64,000 nucleotides of DNA from Phycisphaerales bacterium JB054 (GCA_043100935.1 JBICHP010000016.1:25520-89519); one strand, 5' to 3'. Shown: positions 43,637-52,781, counted from the stretch's first letter. Numbers and translations are program-made. The notes: generated from the sequence alone by a model not told the origin.

Positions 43637-43983
43637 CACAAGGCCTCCCTTTCGTGCCCTTCGCGCCCTTCGTGTTCAAAGACGCCCCCTTCCCCCCGCC
43701 GCGCCGCCGAAGCCCACGCTTGCGCGTTGGGCCTCTTTCCTTGGCGTCCTTGACATCCCCTCTTTGCGTCCTCTGCGTCCCCTCCGCGGCCTCTGCGTTC
43801 TGCCTCCCCTCCGATTCCTCCATGCCCCCTCCGCGCCTCCGCGTTCTCCCCGGCTCTTGCGCTCCGGGCTCTGCCGCCGATTCGCAACCCTCCGCCCCCG
43901 ACCCGCCGATCCATACCATCAGCCAGCAGCGTGCCCCCGGGCGCGCCCCCAGGACAGGGCAGACGGCACACGGAGGGCCACAC

Positions 43984-46386
43984 ATGCCAAGACCACTCTC
44001 CCCACGCGCAGCGTTCAGGCGACGCCTCGCCCTCCTTATGCTCGCCTTTCTCGCCGCCACCGGCGCCATGGCCGCCCAGATGGTCCGCCTCGGTGTCGGC
44101 CAGTCAGAGCAGGCCCTCGCCGAGGCCGAACGCCGCCTCTCCCGCGAACGCTGGATCCCCACCGTCCGCGGCAGCATCTTCGACCGCAAGGGCCGCGTCC
44201 TCGCCCAGAACCGCCCCAACTACGAGATCGCCATCGATTTCCCCGTCCTCTCCGGCGAGTGGGCCGCCGACCGCGCACGCCGCCACGCCCGCCGCGCCCA
44301 CGCCAAGGCCTGGCCCATGCTCACCGAGGACCAGCGCGAGAGCGTCGTCGCCCGCTTCCTCCCCGCCTACCAGCGCCACGTCGAATCAATGGAACGCAGC
44401 GTGCAGCACACCCTCGGCATCACCCCCGAGGACTACGCCGAACGCAAGCAACGCATCCTCGACTCGGTCAACCGCACCGCCGACAGCGTCGCCCGCACCC
44501 GCCTCGAACGCTACGAGACCGAGCAACTCGAGCGCGGCCGCCAAATCACGCCGGAGCTGCTCGCCACGCTGCAGGAACGCGCCGCCGAGCCCATCGCCGC
44601 CCAGCGCGAGCCCCACGTCATCGGCGAGGCCTCCGACGAGGCCGCCTTCGCCCTCATCCGCCGACAGGACACCACCGTCCGCATCGGCAGCCCCGACCGC
44701 CCCGCGGCCGCGGACCCGAGCGAGCTCGACGGCTCCGAGACCGTCCCCGGCCTGCCGGGTCTGGTCGTCCGCCGGAGCGAAGAACGCCAGTACCCCTACG
44801 ACCGCACCCGCGTCACCCTCGCCCGCGACTCGCTCCCCACGCCGCTCAAGAGCGACGAGCCGATCACCCTCGAGCTCGAGGGCGTCGCGGTGCACGTGAT
44901 CGGCCGCATGGGGCCGCGTCCCCTCGAGACCGACGTCCAGCGCCGCGCCGCCGAGCTCGCCGCCGACCCCGCCCTCGCCGACCGCGCCCTGGTCAACACC
45001 CTCGACCGCCCCGACCCCGAAGACCGCATCGACCGGGGCCGCTACCAGCCCGGCGACACCGTCGCCCGCTCCGGCGTCGAGCTCGCCCGCGAGGTCCAGC
45101 TCCGCGGCTTCCGCGGCCTCCGCACCGAGCAGCTCGACACCGGCGCGCAGCAGACCATCGACCCCGAGCCCGGCGCCGACGTTCACCTCACCCTCGACAT
45201 CCACCTGCAGGCCCGCGTCCAGGGCGTCCTCGACCCCCGGCTCGGGCTCACGACCGTCCAGCCCTACCAGAGCGCCGTGCCCGGGCCGCTGCCGGTCGGC
45301 ACCCCGCTCAACTCGGCCGCGGTTGTTGTCGAGGTGGACTCCGGCGACGTGCTGGCCCTGGTCACCAGCCCGTCCTACTCCCGCTCGGCCTACCGCGACG
45401 ACCCGATCGCCCTCGACGAGGACATCGTCAACACCCCGCTGGTCAACCGCGCCATCGCCAAGCCCTACCCGCCCGGCTCGGTGCTCAAGGCCCTGACCCT
45501 CTGCGGCGCAGTCACCCACGGCCACCACCACCTCGGCGAACGCTTCGCCTGCGCCGGCCATCTCCTGCCCGACAACGACAAGGTCCTCCGCTGCTGGATC
45601 TACCGCGAGGTCTACGGCTGGTCCAACCACACCATCCGCTTCGGCCACGACCCCGACGCCGTCGAGGCGCTCACCGCCAGCTGCAACATCTTCTTCTACC
45701 AGCTCGGCCGCCGCATGGGGCCCCGTGTGGTCGCCGAGAACCTCCGCGATTTCGGCGTCGGCAGCTACTTCAACCTCGGCGTCGGGGCCGAGTTCCCCGG
45801 CGCGATCGGCGCGATCGACGGTGTCAACGACGGCGCCGACCTCAACGAGTTCGACGCGACGATCATGGGCATCGGCCAGGGCCCCATCGCCTGGACCCCG
45901 CTCCACGCGGCCAACGCCTACGCCACGCTCGCGCGCATGGGCGTCGCCATCCCGCCGCGCGTCATCGACGACGGCACGCCCCCCGAACCGCACGAGACCG
46001 ACATCGACCGCCGCGCCATCGCCGCCGCCCTCGACGGCCTCGAGGGCGTCGTCAACAACCCGAACAACGGCACCGCCCACCACCTCTCGCTCGAGTCAGG
46101 ACGCGAGCCCATCTTCAACACCCCCGGCCTGCACGTCTGGGGCAAGTCCAGCACCGCCCAGGCCCCGCCGATCTTCACCGACAACCCGCCGCGCGACGCC
46201 GAGGGCAACCGCATCCCCATCCGCTCCGGCGACCACGCCTGGTTCACCGCGCTGGTCGGCCCCGAGGGCGGACGCCCGCGCTACGCCATCAGCGTCATCG
46301 TCGAGTACGGCGGCTCCGGCAGCCGCGTCGGCGGCCCCATCGTCAACCAGATCATCCGCGCCCTCGTCGACGAGGGGTACCTCTAA
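43984..46386 (+). CDS. mrdA: Penicillin-binding protein 2 (elongasome transpeptidase)
   Basis: N-terminal TM anchor. Transpeptidase motifs S-V-L-K (PPGSVLKALT), S-C-N (ASCNIFFYQLG) and K-S-S-T in the KTG position (WGKSSTAQ). Directly followed by rodA. Confidence 0.9.
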   Translation: MPRPLSPRAAFRRRLALLMLAFLAATGAMAAQMVRLGVGQSEQALAEAERRLSRERWIPTVRGSIFDRKGRVLAQNRPNYEIAIDFPVLSGEWAADRARRHARRAHAKAWPMLTEDQRESVVARFLPAYQRHVESMERSVQHTLGITPEDYAERKQRILDSVNRTADSVARTRLERYETEQLERGRQITPELLATLQERAAEPIAAQREPHVIGEASDEAAFALIRRQDTTVRIGSPDRPAAADPSELDGSETVPGLPGLVVRRSEERQYPYDRTRVTLARDSLPTPLKSDEPITLELEGVAVHVIGRMGPRPLETDVQRRAAELAADPALADRALVNTLDRPDPEDRIDRGRYQPGDTVARSGVELAREVQLRGFRGLRTEQLDTGAQQTIDPEPGADVHLTLDIHLQARVQGVLDPRLGLTTVQPYQSAVPGPLPVGTPLNSAAVVVEVDSGDVLALVTSPSYSRSAYRDDPIALDEDIVNTPLVNRAIAKPYPPGSVLKALTLCGAVTHGHHHLGERFACAGHLLPDNDKVLRCWIYREVYGWSNHTIRFGHDPDAVEALTASCNIFFYQLGRRMGPRVVAENLRDFGVGSYFNLGVGAEFPGAIGAIDGVNDGADLNEFDATIMGIGQGPIAWTPLHAANAYATLARMGVAIPPRVIDDGTPPEPHETDIDRRAIAAALDGLEGVVNNPNNGTAHHLSLESGREPIFNTPGLHVWGKSSTAQAPPIFTDNPPRDAEGNRIPIRSGDHAWFTALVGPEGGRPRYAISVIVEYGGSGSRVGGPIVNQIIRALVDEGYL

Positions 46387-46388
46387 CC

Positions 46389-47627
46389 GTGTATATCGTC
46401 GACCTCATCAAGGGCTCCTCCGCCCCCGGACGCTCCGTGCTCTCCACGATCCGTCTCGCCCACGCCGGCTGGATCGTCCTCTTCACTGCGCTCACCCTCA
46501 GCCTCGTCGGCGTCTACGCCATCGACCTGGCCACCAACCCCTCGCCCACACAGTCACTCGACCTCTCCGCCCAGGCGTGGAAGCAGGTTGTCTTCCTCAT
46601 CCTCGGGATGCTCGGCTTCGTCGTCGTCGCCCTGCCGCACTACAAGCTCGGCATGTACATCGCCTGGCCCGCAGCCATCCTCTCCCTCGGCCTGCTCGTC
46701 TTCCTGCTCATCCCGGGCGTGCCGACCTTCCTGGTCGAGCCGGTCAACGGCGCGCGCGCATGGATCAAGTTCCCGTTCCTCAACCTCCAACCCAGCGAGC
46801 CCGCCAAGATCGCCTACGTCCTCTTCATGGCGCTCTACCTCCGCCGGCGCGACCCGCCCGAGACACTCTTCGCGCTCGTCCCCCCCGGCCTGCTCACGCT
46901 CATCCCCGTCGGCCTCATCACCGTCCAGCCCGACCTGGGCACCGCCAGCCTCTTCGTCCCCTCACTCTTCGGCATGCTCGTCACCGCCGGCGCCCGCCTC
47001 CGCTACCTCGCCCTCATCGTCGTCATGGCCGCGCTCGCCGCACCGATCGCCTGGCCCTTCCTCCTGCCCCACCAGAAGGCCCGCTTCGAGGCCCTCGTGC
47101 AGCAGGTCCAGGGCGACCGCTCCCGCGAGCACGACATCAACTTCCAGTCCTTCACCGCCCAACGCCTCATCGCCGCCGGGGGCATGACCGGTCAGCCCGA
47201 AGACCGCACCCGCGCCCTCGTCCACTTCAACCGACTCCCCGAACCCCACAACGACATGGTCTTCGCCGTCGTTTCCACCCGGTTCGGCATCATCGGAGCC
47301 ATCGGCCTCACCAGCCTCTTCGTCGTCTACTTCGCCGGGGCCCTGCTCGTCGCGGCCACCTGCAAAGACCGCTTCGGACGCATCGCCGCCGTCGGCATCG
47401 CCGGGTTCATCGCCGCCCAGGTCGTCATCAACATCGGCATGAACATCGGCCTCCTGCCCATCATCGGCATCACCCTCCCCTTCATCAGCTACGGCGGCTC
47501 CAGCATGCTCACCTGCTGGGCAATGACCGGGATCCTCTTCAGCATCGCCATGCGGCGCGAACTCACGCCCTACAACCCCGCACCCAGATACCCCCTCGGC
47601 CAGGAACCACATGCCAACAAACGCTGA
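46389..47627 (+). CDS. rodA: SEDS-family peptidoglycan polymerase RodA
   Basis: GTG at 46389, 3 nt after the mrdA stop. FtsW/RodA/SpoVE signatures (NLQPSEPAKI, PDLGTA, LPEPHNDMVFAV, PIIGITLPFISYGGSSM). Confidence 0.9.
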   Translation: MYIVDLIKGSSAPGRSVLSTIRLAHAGWIVLFTALTLSLVGVYAIDLATNPSPTQSLDLSAQAWKQVVFLILGMLGFVVVALPHYKLGMYIAWPAAILSLGLLVFLLIPGVPTFLVEPVNGARAWIKFPFLNLQPSEPAKIAYVLFMALYLRRRDPPETLFALVPPGLLTLIPVGLITVQPDLGTASLFVPSLFGMLVTAGARLRYLALIVVMAALAAPIAWPFLLPHQKARFEALVQQVQGDRSREHDINFQSFTAQRLIAAGGMTGQPEDRTRALVHFNRLPEPHNDMVFAVVSTRFGIIGAIGLTSLFVVYFAGALLVAATCKDRFGRIAAVGIAGFIAAQVVINIGMNIGLLPIIGITLPFISYGGSSMLTCWAMTGILFSIAMRRELTPYNPAPRYPLGQEPHANKR

Positions 47628-48576
47628 TCACCAAACCAACCCCGGCGGCCCAGGCCCGCGGCCCGCCCCCCCAAAGCCCGAGCCCTTCCGCTACGCCACC
47701 GCCGCCGAGCTGACCCGCCCCGAGCCCACGCCCGAGTTCCTCGAGTCCGCCGCCGCCCTCGGCGTCGAGTTCGAGCCCGGCGAGCTCGACCGCATCGCCA
47801 CCTTCCTCGCCCTCCTCCTCGAGACCAACACCCGCACCAACCTCACCGCGATCAAAGACCCCGCCGACGCCTGGACCCGCCACATCCTCGACTCCCTCAC
47901 GCTCCTCCCCATGCTCGCCGACCTCCCGGACGGCTCCCGCGTCATCGACATCGGCTCCGGCGGCGGCCTGCCCGCCATCCCCCTGGCCATCGTCAGCCCG
48001 CACCTCCGCTTCACCCTCCTCGAAGCCACCGGCAAGAAGTGCGACTTCCTCCGCCACGCCATCGCCGAGCTCGGCCTGGCCAACGCCCACGTCCTCCAGC
48101 GCCGCGCCGAGGCCGCGGGCCAGGACCGCGGCGACCGCCAGCCCGACGGCTCCCGCCTCAACGCCACCCGCGAGGCCTTCGACGCCGCCACCGCCCGAGC
48201 GGTGGGGCCCCTGGCCGTCATCGCCGAGCTGGCCATCCCGTTCATCAAGCCCGGAGGCCTGGCCATCCTGGTCAAAGGCCAGCGAGCCGACGAAGAACTC
48301 GAAGAGGCCAAAAAAGCCCTCCACCTGCTCGGGGCCGCCCACGCCGGCACCGTCGACACGCCCACCGGCCGCGTCGTGGTGCTCGAGAAGCTCCGCGTGA
48401 CCCCCCGGACCTACCCCAGACGCGACGGCGAACCCAAACGGGCCCCGCTCGGCATGCCCAAGCCCGAACGCCCCGCCCGCCCCGAGAGCCCCGACCGGCC
48501 CGCCAAGCCGCCCAAACCCGCTCCCGGCCCCCGGACCAATCCGCCGAGCATCGAATCCACCGATCCACCCGCCTAG
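47611..48576 (+). CDS. rsmG: 16S rRNA (guanine527-N7)-methyltransferase RsmG (GidB) with Pro-rich N- and C-terminal extensions
   Basis: GidB core (NLTAIKDPADAWTRHILDSL, VIDIGSGGGLPAIPLAI, LLEATGKKCDFL). Overlaps the rodA stop by 17 nt. Confidence 0.85.
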   Translation: MPTNADHQTNPGGPGPRPAPPKPEPFRYATAAELTRPEPTPEFLESAAALGVEFEPGELDRIATFLALLLETNTRTNLTAIKDPADAWTRHILDSLTLLPMLADLPDGSRVIDIGSGGGLPAIPLAIVSPHLRFTLLEATGKKCDFLRHAIAELGLANAHVLQRRAEAAGQDRGDRQPDGSRLNATREAFDAATARAVGPLAVIAELAIPFIKPGGLAILVKGQRADEELEEAKKALHLLGAAHAGTVDTPTGRVVVLEKLRVTPRTYPRRDGEPKRAPLGMPKPERPARPESPDRPAKPPKPAPGPRTNPPSIESTDPPA

Positions 48577-48665
48577 ACTTTCCGCCCTACCGCCGGACGG
48601 GCCCCAAGCCGGGACCGCCACGAGGCACCCGCCCCACACCGGCGTAGAAGAAAGGACCGAGACCC

Positions 48666-48992
48666 ATGTACGCGATCATCGAAGAGTCCGGCGGCCAGCG
48701 CAAAGTCACCCAGGACGAGGTCATCCTCATCGACCTCTACAAGGGCGGCGAAACCTCCGTCGGCGAAGCCATCACGTTCGACAAGGTCCTCGTCGTCGGC
48801 CCCGTCGGCGGCGATGCCAAGCTCGGCCAGCCCTACGTCGCCGGCGCCTCGGTCACCGCCGAGATCGTCGAGCCCGTCTTCCAGGGCGACAAGCTCTACA
48901 TCCACAAGTTCAAGCCCAAGACCGGCTACCGCCGCAAGACCGGCCACCGCCAGCGCTACACCCGCGTCAAGATCACCGGCATCAACGGCTGA
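48666..48992 (+). CDS. rplU: 50S ribosomal protein L21
   Basis: MYAIIEESGGQRKV...KFKPKTGYRRKTGHRQRYTRVKI is canonical L21. Confidence 0.95.
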   Translation: MYAIIEESGGQRKVTQDEVILIDLYKGGETSVGEAITFDKVLVVGPVGGDAKLGQPYVAGASVTAEIVEPVFQGDKLYIHKFKPKTGYRRKTGHRQRYTRVKITGING

Positions 48993-49023
48993 TCGACACG
49001 CACCGCACACCGATTCCTACGAG

Positions 49024-49048
49024 CCCCGAGCACACGCTCGGGGTTTTT
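49024..49048 (+). terminator. Rho-independent terminator after rplU
   Basis: Stem CCCCGAGC / GCTCGGGG with ACAC loop, followed by TTTTT. Confidence 0.8.
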
Positions 49049-49055
49049 CGTGCGC

Positions 49056-49619
49056 CTACTCCGGGTCGGCCTCCACCGCCACGCCCGCCTCGGCCCCCCC
49101 CGGCTTGACGAACGTCGACAGCTGCCGGTTCTTCACCACCCCCGGGAACCGCAGCGCCCGCCCGTGCGCCACGCACCACACCCCCGGCTCGAGCAGCCCC
49201 GTCGCGAACACCGCCTCGGTCAGGTTCTGCAGCGCATCGGTCCGCACCATCTCGTACGGCCGCATCGCCCCGGTCAGCACGATCGGCACCCGCGGCTCCG
49301 GGATCGCCGCGTACAGCGCCTCGCCGGTCTGCTCCAGCGTGTCGGTCCCGTGCAGGATCACAATCCCCGTCGTCGGCGCCGCGACATCACCCGCGCCCCC
49401 GACCGCCTTCACCGTGTCCACGATCCGCTGCCGGTCGTTGTCGTCCATGAGCAGGCTGTCCTTGCTCATCAGCTCGACCGTGTTGATCTCCGTCCCCACC
49501 AGCCGCAGCCGGCGCAGCATGCGCCCCACGATCGACCGCCGGTTGTCCAGCGAACCGGTCATCTCGTCGTAGGTCTTCTCGATCGTGCCGCCGGTGGTGA
49601 TGAGGGTGATCTGCCGCAT
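49056..49619 (-). CDS. Short asparaginase-domain protein (L-asparaginase N-terminal-domain type)
   Basis: ITLITTGGTIEK (TGGTI catalytic Thr motif) and VILHGTDTLEQT (HGTDT motif). Only 187 aa, so a single-domain form. Confidence 0.75.
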   Translation of the reverse strand: MRQITLITTGGTIEKTYDEMTGSLDNRRSIVGRMLRRLRLVGTEINTVELMSKDSLLMDDNDRQRIVDTVKAVGGAGDVAAPTTGIVILHGTDTLEQTGEALYAAIPEPRVPIVLTGAMRPYEMVRTDALQNLTEAVFATGLLEPGVWCVAHGRALRFPGVVKNRQLSTFVKPGGAEAGVAVEADPE

Positions 49620-49622
49620 GGG

Positions 49623-50609
49623 TCACCAAGCATACGCCACGGGCGCCTCGCCCCCCGGCCCAGGCCAGATCTCATCCAGCCGCGACAGAGCGTCCTCGCC
49701 AAGCTCGATCTCGAGCGCGCGCATCGCCCCGGTCAACTGCTCCATCGTCCGCGGCCCGACGATCGGCGCAGTCACCACGTCGTTGTGCAACAGCCACGCC
49801 AACGCCACATCCGCAGGCCGCTCGCCGAGGTCCTTGCAGAACCCCTCCCACGCCTCGAGCCGCGGCCGCATCTTCTCCACCGTCGTGCGCATCTTCTCGT
49901 CCACCCGCCGCGCCCCATCGATCTTGCCGAGCACGCCGCCGAGCAGCCCGCCCGCCAGCGGGCTCCACGGGATGATCCCCACGCCATAGTGCCGGCAGCA
50001 CGGCACGACCTCGAGCTCGATCATCCGGTCCTTGAGGTTGTAGAGCGACTGCTCGCTGACCAGCCCCACCAGGTGCCGGCGCGACGCGACCTGATTCGCC
50101 GTCGCGATGTCCCACGCCGCGTGATTGGAGGAGCCGACGTACACGATCTTGCCCTGCCGGATCAGCGTCTCCATCGCCTCCCAGATCTCGTCCCACGGAC
50201 ACGTCCGGTCGATGTGGTGCATCTGGAACAGGTCGATGTAGTCGGTCTGGAGGCGCGCCAGGGAGTCCTCGCAGTGGCGGATGATTTTGCGCGCACTCAG
50301 CCCCATCGTCCCCCGGTTCGGCTCGGGGTGCTTGTCCGGCATCGCGTGATACACCTTCGTCGCCAGCACCACCCGGTCGCGCTTCGTGCCGTCACCCTTC
50401 CACCAGCGCCCGATGATCCGCTCGGTGTCCCCTCGCTCCCCGCCCCAGCCGTACATGTCGGCCGTGTCGAAGAAGTTGATGCCAAGGTCGAGCGCCTTGT
50501 CCATGATCGCAAAGCTCTGCGGCTCCTCGGTCTTCCAACCGAAGTTCATCGTGCCAAGACAGATCGGACTGACGCGGAGGCCGGTGCGGCCGAGGTGTGT
50601 GTACTTCAT
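49623..50609 (-). CDS. Aldo/keto reductase
   Basis: ATG at 50609. MKYTHLGRTGLRVSPICLGTMNFG, FFDTADMYG, ATKV and HHIDR are typical AKR blocks. The upstream part of the ORF translates REP repeats and is rejected. Confidence 0.9.
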   Translation of the reverse strand: MKYTHLGRTGLRVSPICLGTMNFGWKTEEPQSFAIMDKALDLGINFFDTADMYGWGGERGDTERIIGRWWKGDGTKRDRVVLATKVYHAMPDKHPEPNRGTMGLSARKIIRHCEDSLARLQTDYIDLFQMHHIDRTCPWDEIWEAMETLIRQGKIVYVGSSNHAAWDIATANQVASRRHLVGLVSEQSLYNLKDRMIELEVVPCCRHYGVGIIPWSPLAGGLLGGVLGKIDGARRVDEKMRTTVEKMRPRLEAWEGFCKDLGERPADVALAWLLHNDVVTAPIVGPRTMEQLTGAMRALEIELGEDALSRLDEIWPGPGGEAPVAYAW

Positions 50610-50652
50610 CCAGGGAATCTCCGTCGGTGAGAGTCGTGTGCGTGCCCCGACT

Positions 50653-50767
50653 GTAGAGCCCCTCGCGCAAGCGAGGGGACACGTCTCCCCGATTGAGCCC
50701 CTCGCGCAAGCGGGGGGGCACGCCTCCCGTTTGAGCCCCTCGCGCAAGCGAGGGGGCACGTCTCCCG
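50653..50767 (+). repeat. REP cluster: 3 tandem copies of GAGCCCCTCGCGCAAGCGAGGGG(A/G)CAC..TCCC
   Basis: Copies start at 50656, 50695 and 50733. Each folds as CCCCTCGC-GCAA-GCGAGGGG (8-bp stem, GNRA-type loop). Immediately adjacent to the 3' end of the HUH gene. Confidence 0.9.
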
Positions 50768-50773
50768 TACAAC

Positions 50774-51256
50774 TCACTGCATCCGCAAAGTGTAATCCGT
50801 CGCCGCCTCCAACGCCCGTTCATCCCAAAGCCATCTCGTGCTCCCCATCTTCGTCCACACCCGCTTCCGATCACCGAGCAACCCGCGCTCGCGGAGTCGC
50901 CTTGTCGCCCACGACTTGCACTGCGCCATGACCTGCTCCGGACTGTGCGCCCCGGCCTCGATCACCAGATGGACGTGGTTCGTGCGCACGTTGATCGCCA
51001 GGATCCGCCAGCCGCGAACCTCGGCATGCGCCCGGATCGCGTCCTCGACGACCGTCCGGGCGTCATCCCTCAGCAGCAACGGCGATTCCGAGAGTTGCTC
51101 ACGAAGACGCGAGCTGCGATTCGGTTGCGCCTCAAGGTGGGGATGCCCGTACACGTTGTGCGCATCATCGACCGAGCCCCGGCGATCACCGTGGAGCCAT
51201 GTCGCATACGTCGTCCATGTAAGAAAGTATGCGAGTGGCGGCCCGTCGCTCGGCAT
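50774..51256 (-). CDS. IS200/IS605-like Y1/HUH transposase-fold protein, candidate REP-associated tyrosine transposase (RAYT)
   Basis: 160 aa. N-terminal YFLTWTTYATWLHGDRRGS block and HUH motif NHVHLVI. Flanked on both sides by copies of the same REP hairpin. A catalytic Tyr is not unambiguously identifiable by eye (candidates near the C-terminus, TDYTLRMQ). Confidence 0.6.
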   Translation of the reverse strand: MPSDGPPLAYFLTWTTYATWLHGDRRGSVDDAHNVYGHPHLEAQPNRSSRLREQLSESPLLLRDDARTVVEDAIRAHAEVRGWRILAINVRTNHVHLVIEAGAHSPEQVMAQCKSWATRRLRERGLLGDRKRVWTKMGSTRWLWDERALEAATDYTLRMQ

Positions 51257-51278
51257 CCACCGAGTGTACCGCGACCTG

Positions 51279-51357
51279 CCCCCTCGCTCGCGCGAGGGGC
51301 TCTACGTCTCGCGCGTTGTTCCCATAGAGCCCCTCGCGCAAGCGAGGGGACACCTCC
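51279..51357. repeat. REP pair in inverted orientation (REPIN-like doublet)
   Basis: 51279-51304 (cccccctcgctcgcgcgaggggctcta) is the reverse complement of the REP consensus with one loop change. 51325-51357 (tagagcccctcgcgcaagcgaggggacacctcc) is a direct copy. Confidence 0.85.
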
Positions 51358-51362
51358 GCGTT

Positions 51363-52781
51363 CTACCCGATCCGTTCTTTCCCACCCATATACGCCCTCA
51401 ACACCTCCGGCACCGTCACACTCCCATCCTCGTTCTGATACATCTCCAGAATCGGAATGAGAATCCGCGGGCTCGCCGCCACCGTGTTGTTGAGCGAGTG
51501 GCAATACACCGTCTGTCCCTTGCCGCTCTCGCCACCATCCCGGTACCGCATGTTCAGCCGCCGGCACTGGTAGTCGTACAACCGGCTCGCCGAGTGCGTC
51601 TCGCCGTACGAGCCGCGGCTGGGCATCCAGCTCTCCACGTCCACCATGTCCGCGTTCTTTGCGCCAAGATCACCAGTGCAGCACTGCAGCAAGCGGTGGG
51701 GGAGTTCCAGGCTCTTCAAGAAGTCCTCAACGATCCCGATCATCTCGCGGTGCCACTTCCGGCTCTCCGCCTCGTCGGCCTTGCAGATCACCACCTGCTC
51801 GACCTTGTCGAACTGATGAATCCGGTAGAGCCCCGCCGTGTCCTTGCCCGCCGCTCCCGCCTCGCGCCGGAAGCACGTGCTCACCGTGCACAGCTTCAGC
51901 GGCAGCTCCGCCTCGTCAAGGATCTCCCCCATCCGCATCCCCATCAGCGAGACCTCGCCCGTCCCCGTCAGGAAAAGGTCGCGGCTCGTGTCCGTCGCGC
52001 CGGCGTCCGAGCGGTGTTCCTCATCCGGCGACTGCCGCGTCGTCTCATCGATGTGGTACGCCTGCTCGCGCCCGCCGGGGAAGAACCCCGTCCCCACCAT
52101 CGCCTCCTCGCGCACCAGCACCGGCACCGTCACCGGCACAAACCCGCGATCGCCGATGAAGTCCATCGCGTACCGCAGCACCGCGTTGTGCAGCCGCGCA
52201 CCGTCGCCCACCAGCACATAGCTCCGCGATCCCGCCAGCTTCACGCCGCGGCCGAAGTCCGCCCAGCCGTGCCGCTCGATCAGGTCGAGATGGCTCAAGG
52301 GCGCAAAGCCCTTGTTGGCCGCAAAGTCTTTCGCCGCGTCAAACCACGACGGGTTCCACGTGCTGATCTCGATGTTGTCGTCGCTGGTCTTCCCGACCGG
52401 CACGTCCGCGTCCGGCGGCAGCGGCACCTGCAACAGCAACGCCGCGAGCTCCGGCTCGATCGCCGCCATCTCCGTCTCGATGGCCTGGATCTCTTCCTTG
52501 AGCACAGCGGGCCGGGCCTTGAGCTCGGCGATCTCGCGCTCCAGCCGCGACCGCTCCTCGCCCTCGGCCTTCTTGAGCTGGCCGCTCAGTTTGCCGATCT
52601 GCGGGCCGGTCTCTTTGGCCAGCTTCTTCTGTTCGGCCCGCAGGTTCTCTACCTTCGCGCCCAGCTCCCGCTTCGACGCGTCAAGTTCCAGCAGCCGGTC
52701 AATATCCACAGCCATCCGCTTCAGGCGTGCGCCCTCGCGAAACCGCTCCGGATCCTCTCGCAATGCTCGCAGGTCAATCAT
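51363..52781 (-). CDS. serS: Seryl-tRNA synthetase
   Basis: ATG at 52781. N-terminal coiled-coil arm and class II motifs (FRREAG, GLYRIHQFDKVE, NNTVAASPRILIPILE). It carries an insertion (TTRQSPDEEHRSDAGATDTSRD) relative to typical SerS. Confidence 0.95.
   Translation of the reverse strand: MIDLRALREDPERFREGARLKRMAVDIDRLLELDASKRELGAKVENLRAEQKKLAKETGPQIGKLSGQLKKAEGEERSRLEREIAELKARPAVLKEEIQAIETEMAAIEPELAALLLQVPLPPDADVPVGKTSDDNIEISTWNPSWFDAAKDFAANKGFAPLSHLDLIERHGWADFGRGVKLAGSRSYVLVGDGARLHNAVLRYAMDFIGDRGFVPVTVPVLVREEAMVGTGFFPGGREQAYHIDETTRQSPDEEHRSDAGATDTSRDLFLTGTGEVSLMGMRMGEILDEAELPLKLCTVSTCFRREAGAAGKDTAGLYRIHQFDKVEQVVICKADEAESRKWHREMIGIVEDFLKSLELPHRLLQCCTGDLGAKNADMVDVESWMPSRGSYGETHSASRLYDYQCRRLNMRYRDGGESGKGQTVYCHSLNNTVAASPRILIPILEMYQNEDGSVTVPEVLRAYMGGKERIG

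Larger units (their letters stand above)
50653..51357. mobile_element. REP-RAYT-REP unit
   Basis: The HUH-motif gene is bracketed by 3 direct REPs on one side. On the other side is an inverted plus direct REP pair (REPIN-like). Confidence 0.55.

Noticed and set aside
48993-49055. Absence of rpmA (L27) after rplU.
   Set aside because: rplU is followed directly by a strong terminator and a convergent gene, and no L27-like ORF is seen in the window. An unlinked rpmA is plausible and cannot be assessed from 64 kb, so it is not treated as an anomaly.
50653-50767. Could the regularly spaced hairpin repeats (also at 58271-58378) be a CRISPR array?
   Set aside because: The unique sequence between the conserved cores is only about 10-15 nt, and even that is partly conserved. 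Only 3 units occur per locus, no cas genes are present, and the same repeat occurs singly and inverted. This is REP/BIME-like, not CRISPR.
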